A stretch of DNA of 60,150 nucleotides, counting the filler, from Bipalium vagum (Eukaryota): the NCBI GenBank assembly GCA_037834085.1. It is 3 parts of 3 records of this genome, joined end to end, with 100 filler letters (N's around TTAATTAATTAA, not from the genome) between each part and the next. Parts side by side here need not be neighbours in the genome. Positions count along the whole stretch, not along the records: positions 1 to 16,159 come from JBBMKC010124762.1; positions 16,260 to 36,721 come from JBBMKC010252747.1; 1 more part is not named here. The stretch is one strand, 5' to 3'. The notes below the pieces were generated by a model that worked only from the letters and a program-made list of their open reading frames with translations, was not told the DNA's origin and did no database searches. The position numbers and the translations under genes are program-made. This document shows positions 13,838-28,479 of this stretch, piece after piece (the first letter of the stretch is position 1; every line of letters starts with the position of its first letter).

Positions 13838-14091
13838 TATTCTTTTAAAAATACAATGAAATAGCAGTTTTATTTCGTTAGAAGAATAGGTTCCGAGTAG
13901 TTCCATTTCGTGATNNNNNNNNNNNNNNNNNNNNNNNNNNNNNNNNNNNNNNNNNNNNNNNNNNNNNNNNNNNNNNNNNNNNNNNNNNNNNNNNNNNNNN
14001 NNNNNNNNNNNNNNTATTCTTTTAAAAATACAATGAAATAGCAGTTTTATTTCGTTAGAAGAATAGGTTCCGAGTAGTTCCATTTCGTGAT
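13838..14091. other. Scaffold gap (100 N) with an exact 77-bp duplicated flank: assembly artefact
   Basis: 13838-13914 is identical to 14015-14091. Confidence 0.9.
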
Positions 14092-16159
14092 ATAATTATT
14101 TTTGCAGACTTCTTTTCTGATTGAACAATTATTTTTAATTAATCGTTTAATGCAAATACTTTATTTTTACCCAGTAAAAGTTTAGTAATATATATAAAAG
14201 TTAAGTTGGACTTTCAACTAATTAAATTATTTTTTCTTTTGTTTGGTTTGCCAAAGACACAAACCGTAAAGATGGTGAAGAATAATAATATTAATTTTAA
14301 AAATTTCTAAAAGTAATCAAAATTTTGTCGAGATTTTGATATTTGAGGAATAGGATATTAATTAATTATTATTTTTCTTAACCAGAGATATGTCTCGTCG
14401 GAATAATGAATTATATCGTTTTCATTAATGTTTGACTGGCTTTGTCTTGGCATGGAAATAGAGTTGGAGCTAATAACTATTAAGGGAAATAGCTTCCTCA
14501 AAGTAAATGGATTTGCGATCGTAGACTAATCTCTACGACGATATAAAGAGACGGCTATTCCCAGAAAGCCGCCAAGAATAAGAGAAAAACAGTTTCAGTT
14601 GAAGACAAATTGATGAAGCTTTTGCCGAATATTCCAGTAATTTTCGATTCTTCATGATAGATATGCAAAAGAATTTACCAAGGGGACCCATCGAGTTTGG
14701 GAATCCCTAGGTTACCTGTAAAGGATCTAGAGGACGACCCTGGGACCCTTTGTCTCTCCTGGTGTGGTTGATATACTTTATCTTTTATTCTTCTGTGATT
14801 CTTAATTATTATTCATCTTATAATCTCGTAACACTTATAATAAATTATTTTAGCGACATTATTATATTCATTTGTGTTTGACTTGACGATTTTTAGTGGG
14901 TTGATCTTTGATACTCAGACATTGAAGCGATTTTGATTTGAAATTCAGATATTTGAACGATTTTAGTTTTGATCGGACTGGGATTTTGTGACGGGTGTAT
15001 GAGGTTTTTGTTGAAATATTTAATAAAGTTTTGTGATTTCAATTTAGGATGCGAATAAGGTTTTATAGTGGGGTTTTGATTCAATTGAGTTTAAATTTGT
15101 GTAACTGTAAACATGAAGCGAACTCAACATTAGAAAGTGAGGAGTTGTTGATTTTCGAGCGAAAGTTACTTGTTTCAATTTAAGGATAATAGTAACACTT
15201 TCAAATAACCGTATAATATTGTAACCAAATGACATCCTTTAAAAATCGTAAAACGACTTAGGATGGAATAAGAAAATTTTTATTCTAAAATGTTTCTGTC
15301 ACAGTTATTCTGACCTTTGAAGATTATACTGATATTTTGATTGATGATTTTCTGTTAACTTCTAATGATTAGATTTGTCCAACTCATTAATAAAAACGGT
15401 TTGGAATCTTTGTATTTTAAGGGCTATTTTAACAAAAATTGTCATTATTATAATCTCCTTCAGAATTTTGTAGCTAACCATAATTTTCTTAATATCAGTA
15501 CCATATATTATAAACGTTATGAGTAACAAATTTTTATTTTACCTTTTAAAATATGTTTTTTCTCTTTACAATACATAAAATATATCTAACTTTTGTTAAA
15601 AAGTAACTTAAACTAAATTTTCTAACTTCACATAAATTTAAAATGAATAACATACAGTGGTGGGCATTAGATAGTACGCAAATTAGAAATTCAATATGTA
15701 TATCTGTAAATCGAAAAACCTTTTTTTAATAATTTTTAGATTATCATTATGTTTATTTTATTTTTAGTTTTATCGCAAGTGACAAAGACTTAAATGATTT
15801 TCAAAAAAGGCCAAATTTATACATATATCAATTTTTTCAAATATAAAAATTTTGTTAAGATCCTAAAAGAGTGGTATGTGTTAGAAATGGAGCTTAATGT
15901 GTTTAGATCTTAACGTGTGAAGGTTGCTTATTTACATGCTCGTTAAAATTAATTAAAATGATTGAGATAATGACTTGACTTTTAATACTTTTATTTTGAT
16001 TAAAATAAAGTTTAAATTTACAAATAGGTGATATTGACCTTGATTGATTTAGGAATATTTTATTAATTATATTTATTATTTCAGAAAAATCCTCTCGCTC
16101 TTAGGCTCAGAGGTCCTCGATTTAAGAAGAAAAATATATCTCACCGCCCTACTTAGCGT

Positions 16160-16259
16160 NNNNNNNNNNNNNNNNNNNNNNNNNNNNNNNNNNNNNNNNN
16201 NNNTTAATTAATTAANNNNNNNNNNNNNNNNNNNNNNNNNNNNNNNNNNNNNNNNNNNN
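16160..16259. other. Artificial contig linker N..TTAATTAATTAA..N
   Basis: Palindromic 12-mer with stops in all six frames, centred in a 100-nt N block. Confidence 0.92.
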
Positions 16260-16519
16260 AAGAAGATCTGAATGAAAAGATCGAAACATGTTTCAAGATA
16301 CTAGTTTATTGAATAAAATATTGTGTTTTCGTAAAATTTCGTTAAAAGGCGCTTATTTAAAAAATAAAAGATTATTGTTCACAAGACTAAAATATATATA
16401 TTATTATGTCAATTAAAACGTACTAATTATTTTTTATTAAATTGTTTTGGAATTAGTGCATCTGTTTTTTCATCAATCTAATTTAATCAGATATCAACTT
16501 TTTTGTGGGTAAATCATTT

Positions 16520-17390
16520 AAATAGGTAAATTATTAATTTGAAGTTCTATTCTGGTGACACCAGCCTCCAACATGAACAAGGTTCTAGAAGACCTTCGGT
16601 CGTCAAAGATTTGTGCCGACTACAAAAACGGAGATACGTTAGAAGTAATCCTCAAAGAAGAAGGTGTATCTCAGAACTTCATATCAAAGATTGAGTAGTA
16701 TTTATCTGTGTCCATACAGTCCAAAGAAATGTTTACCATTGATATCACATCATAAAACTGCGAGACTCAGATGATGCCAATAGACAATATTGGAGTGAAA
16801 AATGGAATTGCATTATCTTTAGAGATGAATCAAAATTCTGTTTATGGAAAAATGATGAATGCTTAAGAGTGAAACGTTATCATAGCTATCCGAAAAATAT
16901 TGGCTTGATGTTACCAAATTATAAGAGAATCACATCAGTTATTATCTTATATGTGTCATATGCTTTGGATTCTGGTCAACCCTTGTAATTTTCAGAGGTA
17001 ATTTGAATGCTCTTCGATGCATCGATGAAATTTCGAGAACCGTATCACTTCCATTAATGGAAACACTTCAGGCAATATTTTTTAACAAGACGAGACCGTG
17101 TACAACCAGTATAACATTAAGGTTTTTGCAAGAATCAGAAGTGGAAACAATAAACAGCATATCACTAAATTTATCTCTTATTAATCATCTGTATAATATC
17201 ATTGGTCGTCAGCTACGGTCTTCTCTTGGTACTCCTAAAACATTCGATAAATTAAGAAATCATCTTCAAAAAATATGGAATGACATTGATCAAGAGTAAA
17301 TAAATCCTCTAATTAATATTAGTATGTAAAGAAGACTCCAAGATAGTTTCATAAAATGTTGTGATATGATTCGCTATTGACATCTCTACG
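16520..17390 (+). mobile_element. Decayed Tc1-like transposase
   Basis: IIFRDESKFCL (first catalytic D) and NLSLINHLYNIIGRQLR (cf. PDLNPIEHLW). LRNHLQKIWNDIDQE forms a typical C-terminal helix. Confidence 0.75.
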
Positions 17391-20300
17391 TGTTTTCTAT
17401 ATAAATTTATTTCATGAATTTTTTTTACTTGTTCAATCTAATTTTTTTAGTGGTTCGTTTTTATCTAGGATTTGTTTATAATATTCATAACTTCGAATTT
17501 CTTTAAATTAAAAAATCGCACTATACCTGGATTTCCTTATTGGGATCAATAGTCTGTTTATGTGATCCTGTTTTGTGTATTTCGCAAACAAGTTGTGATT
17601 TGAGTTTTAAACCTTTTCAATGAAATAAATTATCGAGATTTTCTTACTTATTTTTCGTTACTTATTCAGAATTTTTTCTGACTGTTTTTCAATACTTCTA
17701 TGAAAATTGAATTAACCAATTAATATAATTACAATCTTGTAATATAAGTACAAATTAATCGTCTTCCATAAAACCCTAATCTTATTTAGTGTCAATAATG
17801 GAGGACAAGTTCGCACTAATTAAAAAATTATATACTATAAAGTGTGTAATCATCAATGACTCTTTATTTTTTCAAAAAAAATTAAATTAAAAGAAATTTA
17901 GAACCATTAAAACAAGGTATACGGTCTAAAACTTAAAATTCTGATTATGGAACTTAGTTTGAGAATAAAAAATTGTGCCTGTTTTTATGACACATGTTTC
18001 TTGTAATATTGAATTATATGCCAAATAACAGAATACATTTTTGTTTTCAAAGTAAGAACAAAAACCAAGTCTTAACCGAAATCCAATCAGATCGACTGTC
18101 CTGGAAAAATTATTTGTGGGAAATAAATGTAAAATGAATTACAATTATATTTAAAAATCAACTAAATGTCAAGTTTGCTTTATTAAATGTCTTATAAGAC
18201 ATAAATAAAATGAACATTATTGATTAATATAGTAATATTATGTCTTGTGAGATCATTATTAAAGTTATTTTCTTCCTAGATATTTATCTTTAGCAGATAT
18301 TCATCTTTATTATTAGTGACAAAATTAATTGTAAAAATAATTATTGATAAATTAAAAAAAGAAACAGTAAACAGAAAATCCACGAGAATAATTATGTTGA
18401 CTAAAAAGGATATTTTCTGAATTTTATTTTAATATTTATGGTTAACATATGAAAACAGTGTAGTAAAATATTTAATTCATTGATTTCTTTTTTATCTCTG
18501 ACATATTTTTACTTGAATAATTTTATCTGGATAAAATAAATAAATATTTTTAAATGATTTTATACAAATTTTTCTCGAAAATATTTGGATATAACTTTAA
18601 ATATGCCACCACCATTGTTAATTGTAAAAGCCAAGATATATAATGGAAAGTCTCAATCCATTAATAAAATCAATATAATCATATTTTTCTAGGCATTCAA
18701 TGTGGATTTTGGAGAAAATAACAGATTAATTGTAAAACTAAACAATTTTTAATTGAAATTAGAAAATTCTCTTGATAGACCAAAAGCAAATATTTGTCAT
18801 TTTATGGAAATAGAATAGGTAAATCAATAATTTATCTAGTAGTAATTAAAGTAATATTAATCTGTTTGAGAAACAATAGAAAGTAAGAGCTTAGATACAT
18901 GTGACACATACCAGAAATTACCAGATTTTCCCAGTACGAAAACCGTAACCAATCATGAATCTATCTTTTTATATTATTTCAATAAGATAATGTATACATT
19001 TCAAATCTAAAAAGGAGCATTGAATGCTCCAAAAACATTAAAAATTTGACTAACTCTGATTATTAATATTTTAATATTATTTAACATTGTATATATATAA
19101 TATATAATATATATTTATTTTATATTAATAATATTATTATATTAATATTAATTAATATATAATATAAATTTTATATATTAATAATATTTTTATTGATCCA
19201 TAAAATTCAATGGTGAATTTAATATAGATAATCTATACAAAAGTAAAAATACTATAATGACGGAAAGATGATTTTATAAATAACAAATCCTAACAGATAT
19301 TTATGACTCTTACTTTGAGGATAAAACAAAAAAATATTAAATAACATGGGTTAAAAAGAAATCAATTAATAACTGTTTCTAAATTGAAGGAGATATTTTC
19401 GAAAAGTTAATTAAAAATTTATTCCTCGTTGTCATTTATCAACTTAATAAATCTCTTGTACAGTTTGACAATTTAATAATTCGTTCTACGAAATATTATT
19501 ATTTTCAAATATATACCACAATTTAAGCGTTAACAAAGAACCAAACCAAAGTGTATAATAATCTGAAATTTTTGAAAATAGCGTCAGTTTTATTATAATC
19601 TGACTCGGTCTCCATTTAATGTAATAAATATTAAATTATTTAATTGTCTAAATTTTTATTATCTATCCTTAACTGAATCAATTTTCAAAAACTTGGGCAA
19701 CCCAGATATTTTTCTTCATTTATAGCAAATTACATAAAACTCTCACTGATACAGATCAACCATTCATTGTTTGAGATATTTCCTTTTTGGGCACTTCAAT
19801 ATTTAAAACGGAAACTTCTACTTCAGCTTATTTGCAATTGCGACGTATTTGGAGATACACCAGATTCATATGTATATGGAATGAACCTCTTTTAAATAAA
19901 ATTATTTTTTAATTGATTTTTGCTTTGATATCTTTATAATATTAACATTACATTTGGGCTATTTAACAGAAGTGCACTGCATATGTTGTGTGAAGAAACG
20001 AAATATATCGCAGAAACACCTCCATGTCGTCTCTTAAATTTATGATAGCAGAATAGTGGAATGGGAAAATTGATTTATGCTATATTTTGAAAATAAAAAA
20101 TTTTATTACAAAGCAGTGTGGTAATGGTTTTGGATATTTATATCTCATTCAACCAAATCGGAATTGAATGAGAAAGCCAATTAATAAGAATTTTTATAAA
20201 TTTATAACAATGCGTAACTAATTTTATTATCAATCGTTCCCATAAATTACTATTGAAATGTTACTTTTAAATTAAGTTAACCTCATAATTAATGATTTGT

Positions 20301-23049
20301 AAAATTATACGTTCCTCAAAAAATTTTATCTACGGTACATTTCCTTCCTGGAATAAAATCGTATTTTTTAAAAATATCGTTTTTTTGTTTCATACTCTCA
20401 CCAAAGTCTCAAACTAATATTTTTGTATTCATTTGTATGTTGCGTCCTATAGCTGCCGAATTGTGTCCGAACACTGCAATTAAAGCCTGTATGACATCAA
20501 TTTATAGTTCTGTTTTTCTTATAGTTTATTAGAGCTGATATACGATTCTAATAAATTGTTTTCTTTAATGATATCATTACCTTTTTTATTGTGGTAAAAT
20601 TTTTTATCTTTTATGATGTTACTATTACTTATTACATTCCACTGGTTTTTCGTACCCAGAATTTGCACGAATCATTTTTAGCTTTTTGTTTTAAGCTCTT
20701 CTTTCTTTCCATTTCAGAAAGTTTACTTGTTTTAAATAAACTACATTAAAAATTATAAGTAAAGCATAAAATTAATCAAACTTTGAATAATAGAAAGTGA
20801 TTTTTACATTTATAATTGCAAATTCTGGGATTTTTTTGTTTTTGAAATTTTGATAAATTTTGATATTGATAAAGTTCAAAAGATAATGGAGATCTATGTG
20901 GTTTATCTCTTGTTAGGGAATCATGGTGAATACTTTAATGTCTCATCAGACATATTTTTCTCTACATAATGCTAAAAAACTTTTACCATATTTAGTTGTA
21001 TAGGTCCCCGGCATTTGAAGATCAAATTTTGTTTTAATAAATCAGTGGAAAACAGCATATCTTTTCTTAAAGAGTGATAATCTAAACGATATTTTATAAA
21101 AATACCTAAATAAAATAAACTTCATTTAAATTTTTCAACATTTTAATAAATTTTGATAATTTTAAAACAAATATTAATATTTGTAAAATAAATAATTTAA
21201 TTAATTTTTGAAATTTTCGAGAGTTATGTTATGATTGATCATTTTTCTTAAATTCTCTTTGAATATTATATATTTTATTTTAGAAATACATACAAAGAAC
21301 TTAATTTTCTTATTATACTTTAAAATTTTGTTTAGACATGAAAAATTATGCTTTATTTTAAAATATAAAGAAGACATTTTCGTTATTGATCAAAATTTCC
21401 GCAAAATTAATTCAAATAAAAAGTTTTGTTTAATTTTGTAAAATAGAAAAAATATTTTATTTGATAATTTTTATTAAAATCTTTTTATTCATAAAATTTT
21501 TCAAATGTAATAAAAAATAAAGGGGTGTTTTCTATTTTCAGTATACTTAATCATAAAAAATGTTCTTGTGAAATCTTAATTCGTAATTCTTTTTAATAAA
21601 ATCATCTCAGTTATTGTAAAAAACTTAAAATGTTAAAAGAAGATAGTGATACATTAAAAGTAAAAAATCTTTAAAAATATAATGAAAAAAGAGCCAAATG
21701 GGAAACGTAATTCTAAAAGAAAACCGTATAAACATAGTTAGGGAGAATTTTTTTAAAAATCGAAGACCAGAAGTATATCTACATGGTCTCATTTAATATA
21801 TCCAGTCTTTTTATTAATGTTCCTATTTTAATAAAGAACGTACCTGTTCAAGTTTCAGACAAAATAAGGCGAAAACTAAAGACCAATTGAAATTTCAATT
21901 CCAATTAAAATTAAAGAAGTAAACTTATGTTATGTTTTTTATTAAATAAATAATGTAAAACATCAAAAAAAAATTTGAAAAAATCAATGTTAAGAATAAA
22001 TTACAAAGAAATAGAGAAATAGGTTTTAAATAATGTTAATAAGAAATAACTGTCATACAGTAATAATCAATAATTGTGTGAATTGTAACTAAAAATTATT
22101 AACATAAATATGTTTGAGGTTCCTAAGTTTTAAAAGATTTTAATAATAGCATGAATACTACATTTTGAAATTACATATTTTAATACACAGACTAAAATTT
22201 TTCTTAAATCTGGTATCAAAATAACAAAAAAATTTGAAATGTAATCAGATTGTGATAGTAGACATTAAATAATTAATAATCACAGCACTTCGTAAACATC
22301 GTTCTCATAACAGATTTTCAGTTAAATTTTATACAATTATAATAATTATTCCGCTTAGAATAGAACTAAAATGCAACCAATTCTTCATAGAGATATTATC
22401 AGATAAGTATTTAAATATTTCCCTATATATAAATAGTTTTTATTCTTTGCTAACAAATGGAAATTTGATGCATGATTAGTATTTACATTCTTTTCATAAA
22501 CAAATTTAGTTAATCATCGTGATATTTTTTATAAAGAATGGACTCTTTAATTGTTAAATTTTCTATTAATTGTGTATCTGCATTTATTTTTTTACAAATT
22601 CGAAGCTGTTTTTTTAAAAATAAAAATTGTGTTGTGATTTTGGTTTTAAAGTACAAAAACTAAAATAATTCCCTTTTGTTTATATATTTCAATGTTAATT
22701 CATTTATTAATTTATTTCAATTTAAATTTTTCTTTCATTTTCCACCTAACAAATCAAAATTTCGTTTTTGTTATTAATTCAATCAAGTCGCTGCTGGTCA
22801 TTTAGGTTTATGATTTTGGTATCATGAATTTAATAATTGATAATGATCATTTATAATTGCCTCCGTTTTTTAGAAATTGATGGTCAATTGTCCTTCTTCA
22901 GAGACAAATATTCAATCGTTTGTTGAAGATCTGTTACAGCGTTTGCATTATTTATAATTGCCACGAAATATCAATCTTCAGGTTCATTTGACAAAATGGC
23001 ACTGGTCATTATATCTGAGATTGGATATCGTTTCAGTGTCAGCTTTTGG

Positions 23050-23620
23050 CTTTCATCGAGTTAATAATTATTACGTTGATTTAATTGTAATTATTATCTT
23101 GTGGCAACTTTAAAATAGTTTATTCAAATTGGTATCTCTTGAACTTTCATTTATACATCCCACTATTATGGCATGAGTCTGTAGTTATTTATTTCAGGTT
23201 TATTCTCTGTTTATTCAATAATGAAAAGTAGAACTGACGACTGTGAATTATAGACCAGGAGAGTTGATGCCGAATTCATTTTATGCACACCAAAGCTTTA
23301 ATATTAGTGTAATTAATTAATGGTTCACGAGGATTGGTTGAGCCAGTTATGATCATTCGTAAATGTGGAGATTAATGAAATTTAATTTGTATTATTACTT
23401 TAATGGAATTAACTTCAAAAGATCCACTTAAAGATTGTATAATTAATTATGTACAAAACTCCAATAGTTTTCATGGTTGGGAGTTTTTAGGTTGCTAGCA
23501 TGGTTTTGAAGTGTAAGAGTATTTTGTAATTTCGACTGGTTTCAAGATATTTTAGCCAAGGTTGGGTGATCTTTAATAGTAAACATTAGCTCTCATATAA
23601 CAAAATCTTTATTCGTTAAT
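23050..23620 (-). mobile_element. Highly decayed Gypsy-like integrase fragment
   Basis: Broken frames give WSFVH, KLWCA*N, VYNSQS and NNYRLMP in the order of WERIHIDF / F.C..NGI / PYHPQSNG / YRNTPH. Confidence 0.35.
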
Positions 23621-24341
23621 TTTAATAAGCAGATTTGCATATACAAATTGTTTAAAAATTATTTGGATTTAATGGTAATCAATTTTTTCCCTAGCAACAT
23701 TTGATTTTTAGGTTTTGACCCACTGTGTTTTGTTATTTTTGTTTATTATTAAACACATCGCTAGTTACACAATATTTTCCTTTTGACTAAATTTTTCAAA
23801 TTCTACGAGTTTTTTCCATACTCGATATGCGTGTTAAGGATGAGTTCTATTCAAAATTGTTTAATAATTGTATAAATTTTGGAAGTTTTTTCTCTCCATG
23901 CTCAAAATTTAGGTTTTTGTTCTAATTTTAAAACCTATTCACAGAATAATTTTTAAATATCCTTATTTACATATAACTAAGGCTATATATTCCTTATTTT
24001 TGCCAGGGTGGTTACTAATAATATTATTAGTAATTCGTTTATGGTACAGATAGCTTAACACAGGAGGAAAATTTACCATTTTTCTCTTGAGTGTTTATTT
24101 TCATAATATATTAGACTCACTAACATAATCAATATTTTTTAATTATTTCTCCTTAATTTTCTTTTCATGTACTCATCGTCAAAAGTCGGTAGGTGAAATT
24201 TAGTAAAGGAAACGTGATGAGTTCATATAATTTTTGTTAAGCACATGAATTAAAAGTAATGTTTTTTAGAATAATTAACTAATTTATATGAAACATATTT
24301 CGTGTTTTAATTTATCAATATAATTCATTTAAAAATTTACA

Positions 24342-25340
24342 ATGAGCGCCAGACATGAAACATACCACTTTGATAGAGGTCGTATTGTTGGGTTATTGGA
24401 AGTTGGTTTGCCGCAGGTTGATGTAGCACGAGTTGGGCGATCCAAGTGTACTGTTCAGTGTATTTGGAAGAAATGGAAAAAGGCACATGTATGTGACAAT
24501 CTTGCCAGATAAGGTAGATCGCGATTAACAAGCAATAGAGATGATCACATATTAGTCACAACGATAAAGAACAATAATGTTGTCCCGTACAGGTAGTTAT
24601 TCCAAATTAAATAAGATAAAAATCAAACAAAAATTATGTAGCAGCAAAGTTTCTAGTTCCATTATCTGCAGAAACATTTAGCCGATGTGGTCTACAATTT
24701 GGCTTACAATTTAAATGACCATTACTAATAATTCCTCTGTCGCCGCTCCACAGATATTGTCGGTTAGAATGGTTCAAAGAACGAATAAATGAAGGAATGG
24801 GGTATTGGAGGGATATTGTGTTTTCAGATGACCTAGACTTTCATGATGGAAGAGTTCGAGTGCATCGCAAGATTTCTAAAAAGTTTAATGAAGAATGCAT
24901 TACATAGCATGACTGCTATGGTGGAGGCAGTGTTATGGTATGGGAAGCTATCGGTTATGGTTTCCGATCTAGATTGATTTTCATTTATGGCATTCTGAAT
25001 ACTCCGCGAACACTGAAGAGATTTTAGATGTTGAAGTTTTTACTTGATGCACAAAAAAGCTGATGTTTATACACAATAATGCAAGGTCATATAATGCAAT
25101 TATCTCGAAAATTGCTCTTGAAAAACCCGGTATTGTAATGCCTCCATGGCCACCAAGATCTCTAGGTTTAAACTCAATAGAACATGGGAAACATCCTGGG
25201 CAGGCGACTGTCTTCACATATGACTATCCACCAGCAACCCTACTACAACTTCGTCAGCGCATCAATGAACAACAATTGAATTGATGCCAAAAAGGATCAA
25301 TGAATGCGCATCCAAAAAAAGAAGGTCACACATATTATTA
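24342..25340 (+). mobile_element. Near full-length decayed Tc1-like transposase
   Basis: MSARHETYHFDRGRIVGLLEVGLPQVDVAR (HTH), WRDIVFSD, GGGSVMVWEAI, FIHNNAR and WPPRSLGLNSIEH. Multiple stops and frameshifts. Confidence 0.88.
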
Positions 25341-26829
25341 CCAATGGTTGTGAAAAATTCTTTGGAAAATTTTGATTGCTGATTAATAAATTTTACCTTC
25401 CTAAGACTTTTGACTATGTGTATACATTTTTATAACTAATCTAATAATTAATAGTAATCAAATCCTTTCTTCTCTCTTTTACGGAGGAATCAATTCTATT
25501 CCTAACATTCTGAAACACAACAGTATAGTGTACCCTTTTTCATGACATCATTCTTATTCTTAATTACTAGTTGATTGATAATCAAATTTAATTTCCGCTA
25601 CTTATTTGAAAAAAAGGATTGACTGATTAAAGAGATGCTGCTTATTAGTAGAAAAACTTTAATTTATTAGTATCATAAACATTTAGTTTAAAACTTATCA
25701 ATTTATTAAATGTCCATTCATTCTTCATTCGTGAAGGAAATATCTGCATCAGTAGAATATTCGGAAACAGTTGAAAATGTCAGTTTTCATAATCGACAAC
25801 TTTTTTTTTCAAAATCGATTTTTTACAGTACGTATTGTAGCAATATTGTAATGCCGTTCTCATGTCTTTAGAAAAAGAAAAATTATTATATTATTCTTTT
25901 AATTATTTTTTTTATAATTATAATTATTATTATTCTTCTGACCTTTTTGCGATCTTAATAATTAATTTATAATTAATATAAATATTCTAGACCCTTTAGC
26001 GGCCTTCAAAAGATTATTTAAGAAGGTTAAAATGGATGTGCTTTTGGGAAATCAAACACTTCGATGCTATTATCTTTACATGTGATACTCTTTTCATTGG
26101 TTCACGTCTGGTATAATTTTTGTACTTATCAATTATCCAATTTTCCAAAAATTTCCTGAAATTACATTTAAAAGACATTAACTGTTGTTTAGTGGCTGTT
26201 ATTTAGAAGTTAATCCTCTAGGAATTTTTGCAATAATTGTTTCATGTGTTTTTAATTTGATTTTAATTAAATTATGTATGTGAATCCGGACTCTATCAAG
26301 CGTGTCTATGTCTAGTCTATAAGTCTATAAATTTTGAAGGATATTAACAGATCGGAGTAGAAGTCTTGAAATTTCATTGAAAATTTTTCCTATGGCTTTA
26401 TAGGCTGTTTCTTCTGCTTTCTCAAATTCATTTTGAGAAATATTTGGGCCCATTTGAAAGATAACGTGATTGTTAATTATTTTAGTCAAAAATTAAATGT
26501 TTTGTCCATAAAAATTAATTTTGATAAGCATTTTTATAAGATGTTCCGGATTTATTAAAGTGGAGTTACCTGGAAAAATTTTGTTTAAATTTAAATCAAT
26601 TAAATAACATTTATAAAATTTTAAATTTTTTAATTTAATTTTAAAATACATAAATAATGAGATAATTTTGGTATTACTATATGAAATTTAATTTTAAAGT
26701 ATGACAATTTATATATTTATATCCATATATGAATTGAAAAAAACTTTTTTCGCTGAAAGCCAGTGTATCAAATTTTTGTTGGAAATATTTTTAACAGCTC
26801 CATAAAATATGTGACATATACGATCTCAA

Positions 26830-27560
26830 TATTAGCACAAACCGGTTGCAGTCCAAATACAGAAATCTGTTAATCAGACTATTCTGTTTGCCTTTCACTA
26901 TTATTTTGCCCATGTGTAACTGGGTTAATTTGAAATCGATCTCCGAAAGACTTGAATCATTCCAAACTATCACAATTGAATGAAGATAAGGAAATCCATT
27001 AAGCATTTCAAGACTTTTCTTAAACAAACTGTCTTTTAAATTATAGTACGACCAAAGTAAACTGCTCATAGACATGGTTTCCTCCAAAGTTATGCATAAA
27101 AACCTTTACTCTAAAATTCTCACTGAAGGGAATCAATTTGCAACACGGGATCCCATTAATAGATTATTCGCCATTGACTGTTTTCCGTTGTAAGTATTTT
27201 GGAATTCCAATGAGACAGAATCAGACAGAACTTTGACTTTGATAAACGTTTCATTCGGTTTTCCGCATTCTCACACGTCCCAATTACTGAAGTTGGAGTT
27301 CAATCCTAAGCAATTGATATCGCAATAAAAAATATTATTCCCGGCTTCCTTTTGGATCTCGTCCCTGATGTTCTGGAAATATTTAAAAACAAACCGATCT
27401 ATTGTTGGCAAGTTTCACAAGAAAAGATAATATCTCAGTTTCAGCTGAAAATCATGGGCAATTTAAAATTTTTTCATCAATAAGTCGGAAATATCGATAT
27501 AAAATTTTGCCGGTAATGGTTGCATTGATTGCCTGTTTCAAGTAAGGACAGTTTAAATTT
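26830..27560 (-). pseudogene. EXTL3: Exostosin EXTL3-like (GT64 boundary) pseudogene fragment
   Basis: HWNS...WDPVL...GGNHVYEQFTLVVL* / KKSLEMLNGFPYLHSIVIVWND...IVKGKQNSLINRFL matches EXTL3 FDPVL...GGNVPREQFTVVML..SLERLNGLPYLNKVVVVWN..KNSLNNRFL. In-frame stops and frameshifts. Core 26870-27215 is strong; the upper extension is weak. Confidence 0.82.
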
Positions 27561-28094
27561 TTACATTTTTCAGTGGGAAACTTCGAACTAAACGTCAAAT
27601 TTTCAGGCACCTAGTTTATATATTAACCGATGTTCCCATAATTTTGCAAAAAATCTTTTTTCAACTTTTTTATCATTGGATTTTTATTTTTTAATTAAAT
27701 AATACTTAAAACATGTTTAATAGGCATTAAGAATACTATATGCCAAAAGAAATTAATCTGCTCATAAGTTTTTCATATAGATCTTGTAAAAAGTATGGGT
27801 ATTCCTAACATTATGCTGCCCACTGTATTATGATCATTTTTTTCTAAAAAAACTCGAAATTCAAATAAATCATACAATAAAGAATTAAAAATGGTTTTTA
27901 AAAAGATGTGTAAAAATAAAATAAAAATAATAATGAAATGTCATTATCTTAGGTCCTTGTAGAAAAATTATTTATTTTATAATTAATGTATATTTAAATT
28001 GGTGGATACAGTATTTAAAGAATTTGTGGAATTAATGAAAATAACAATTTTAAATAATTCATATTAATATTCAGTTTCGTTCTGGTTTTTAAAA

Positions 28095-28240
28095 TTGGAA
28101 AGGATCTGCCTAGTCATGAACCACCAGACAGTAAATAAAACCCTTTTTGAAGTAGCTTTGGAAGTGTTTGGGGGCTCTAGCACGATCCAACCAGTATGCA
28201 ATCGTCATCGATGTCACCAAAGAATCCATTACTCATTTCA
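28095..28240 (-). mobile_element. PIF/Harbinger DDE nuclease fragment
   Basis: GFFGDIDDDCILV / RAPKHFQSYFKKGFIYCLVVHD resembles GAIDGxHIxIxxP...YxNRKGxxSxxxQ. Confidence 0.5.
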
Positions 28241-28479
28241 ACTCATGGTTCGATGAAGAAATGTGTCGCTGCTTTTAAACAAAATTAGCAACGATTTGTC
28301 CTCTGCGGCAATTTTTACTTGTCCCTTTTGAATCTTATTACCTTTCAAATTTCTATTAAGTGTTGAAGTATTTTTGAATGATAGATAGAGACAGATATTT
28401 TGAATCATATTGAGCTCACAATGTTTTAAATTTTTCAAATATTAACAATTATCAAAAACTTGAAAGATTAAATTAAAGG

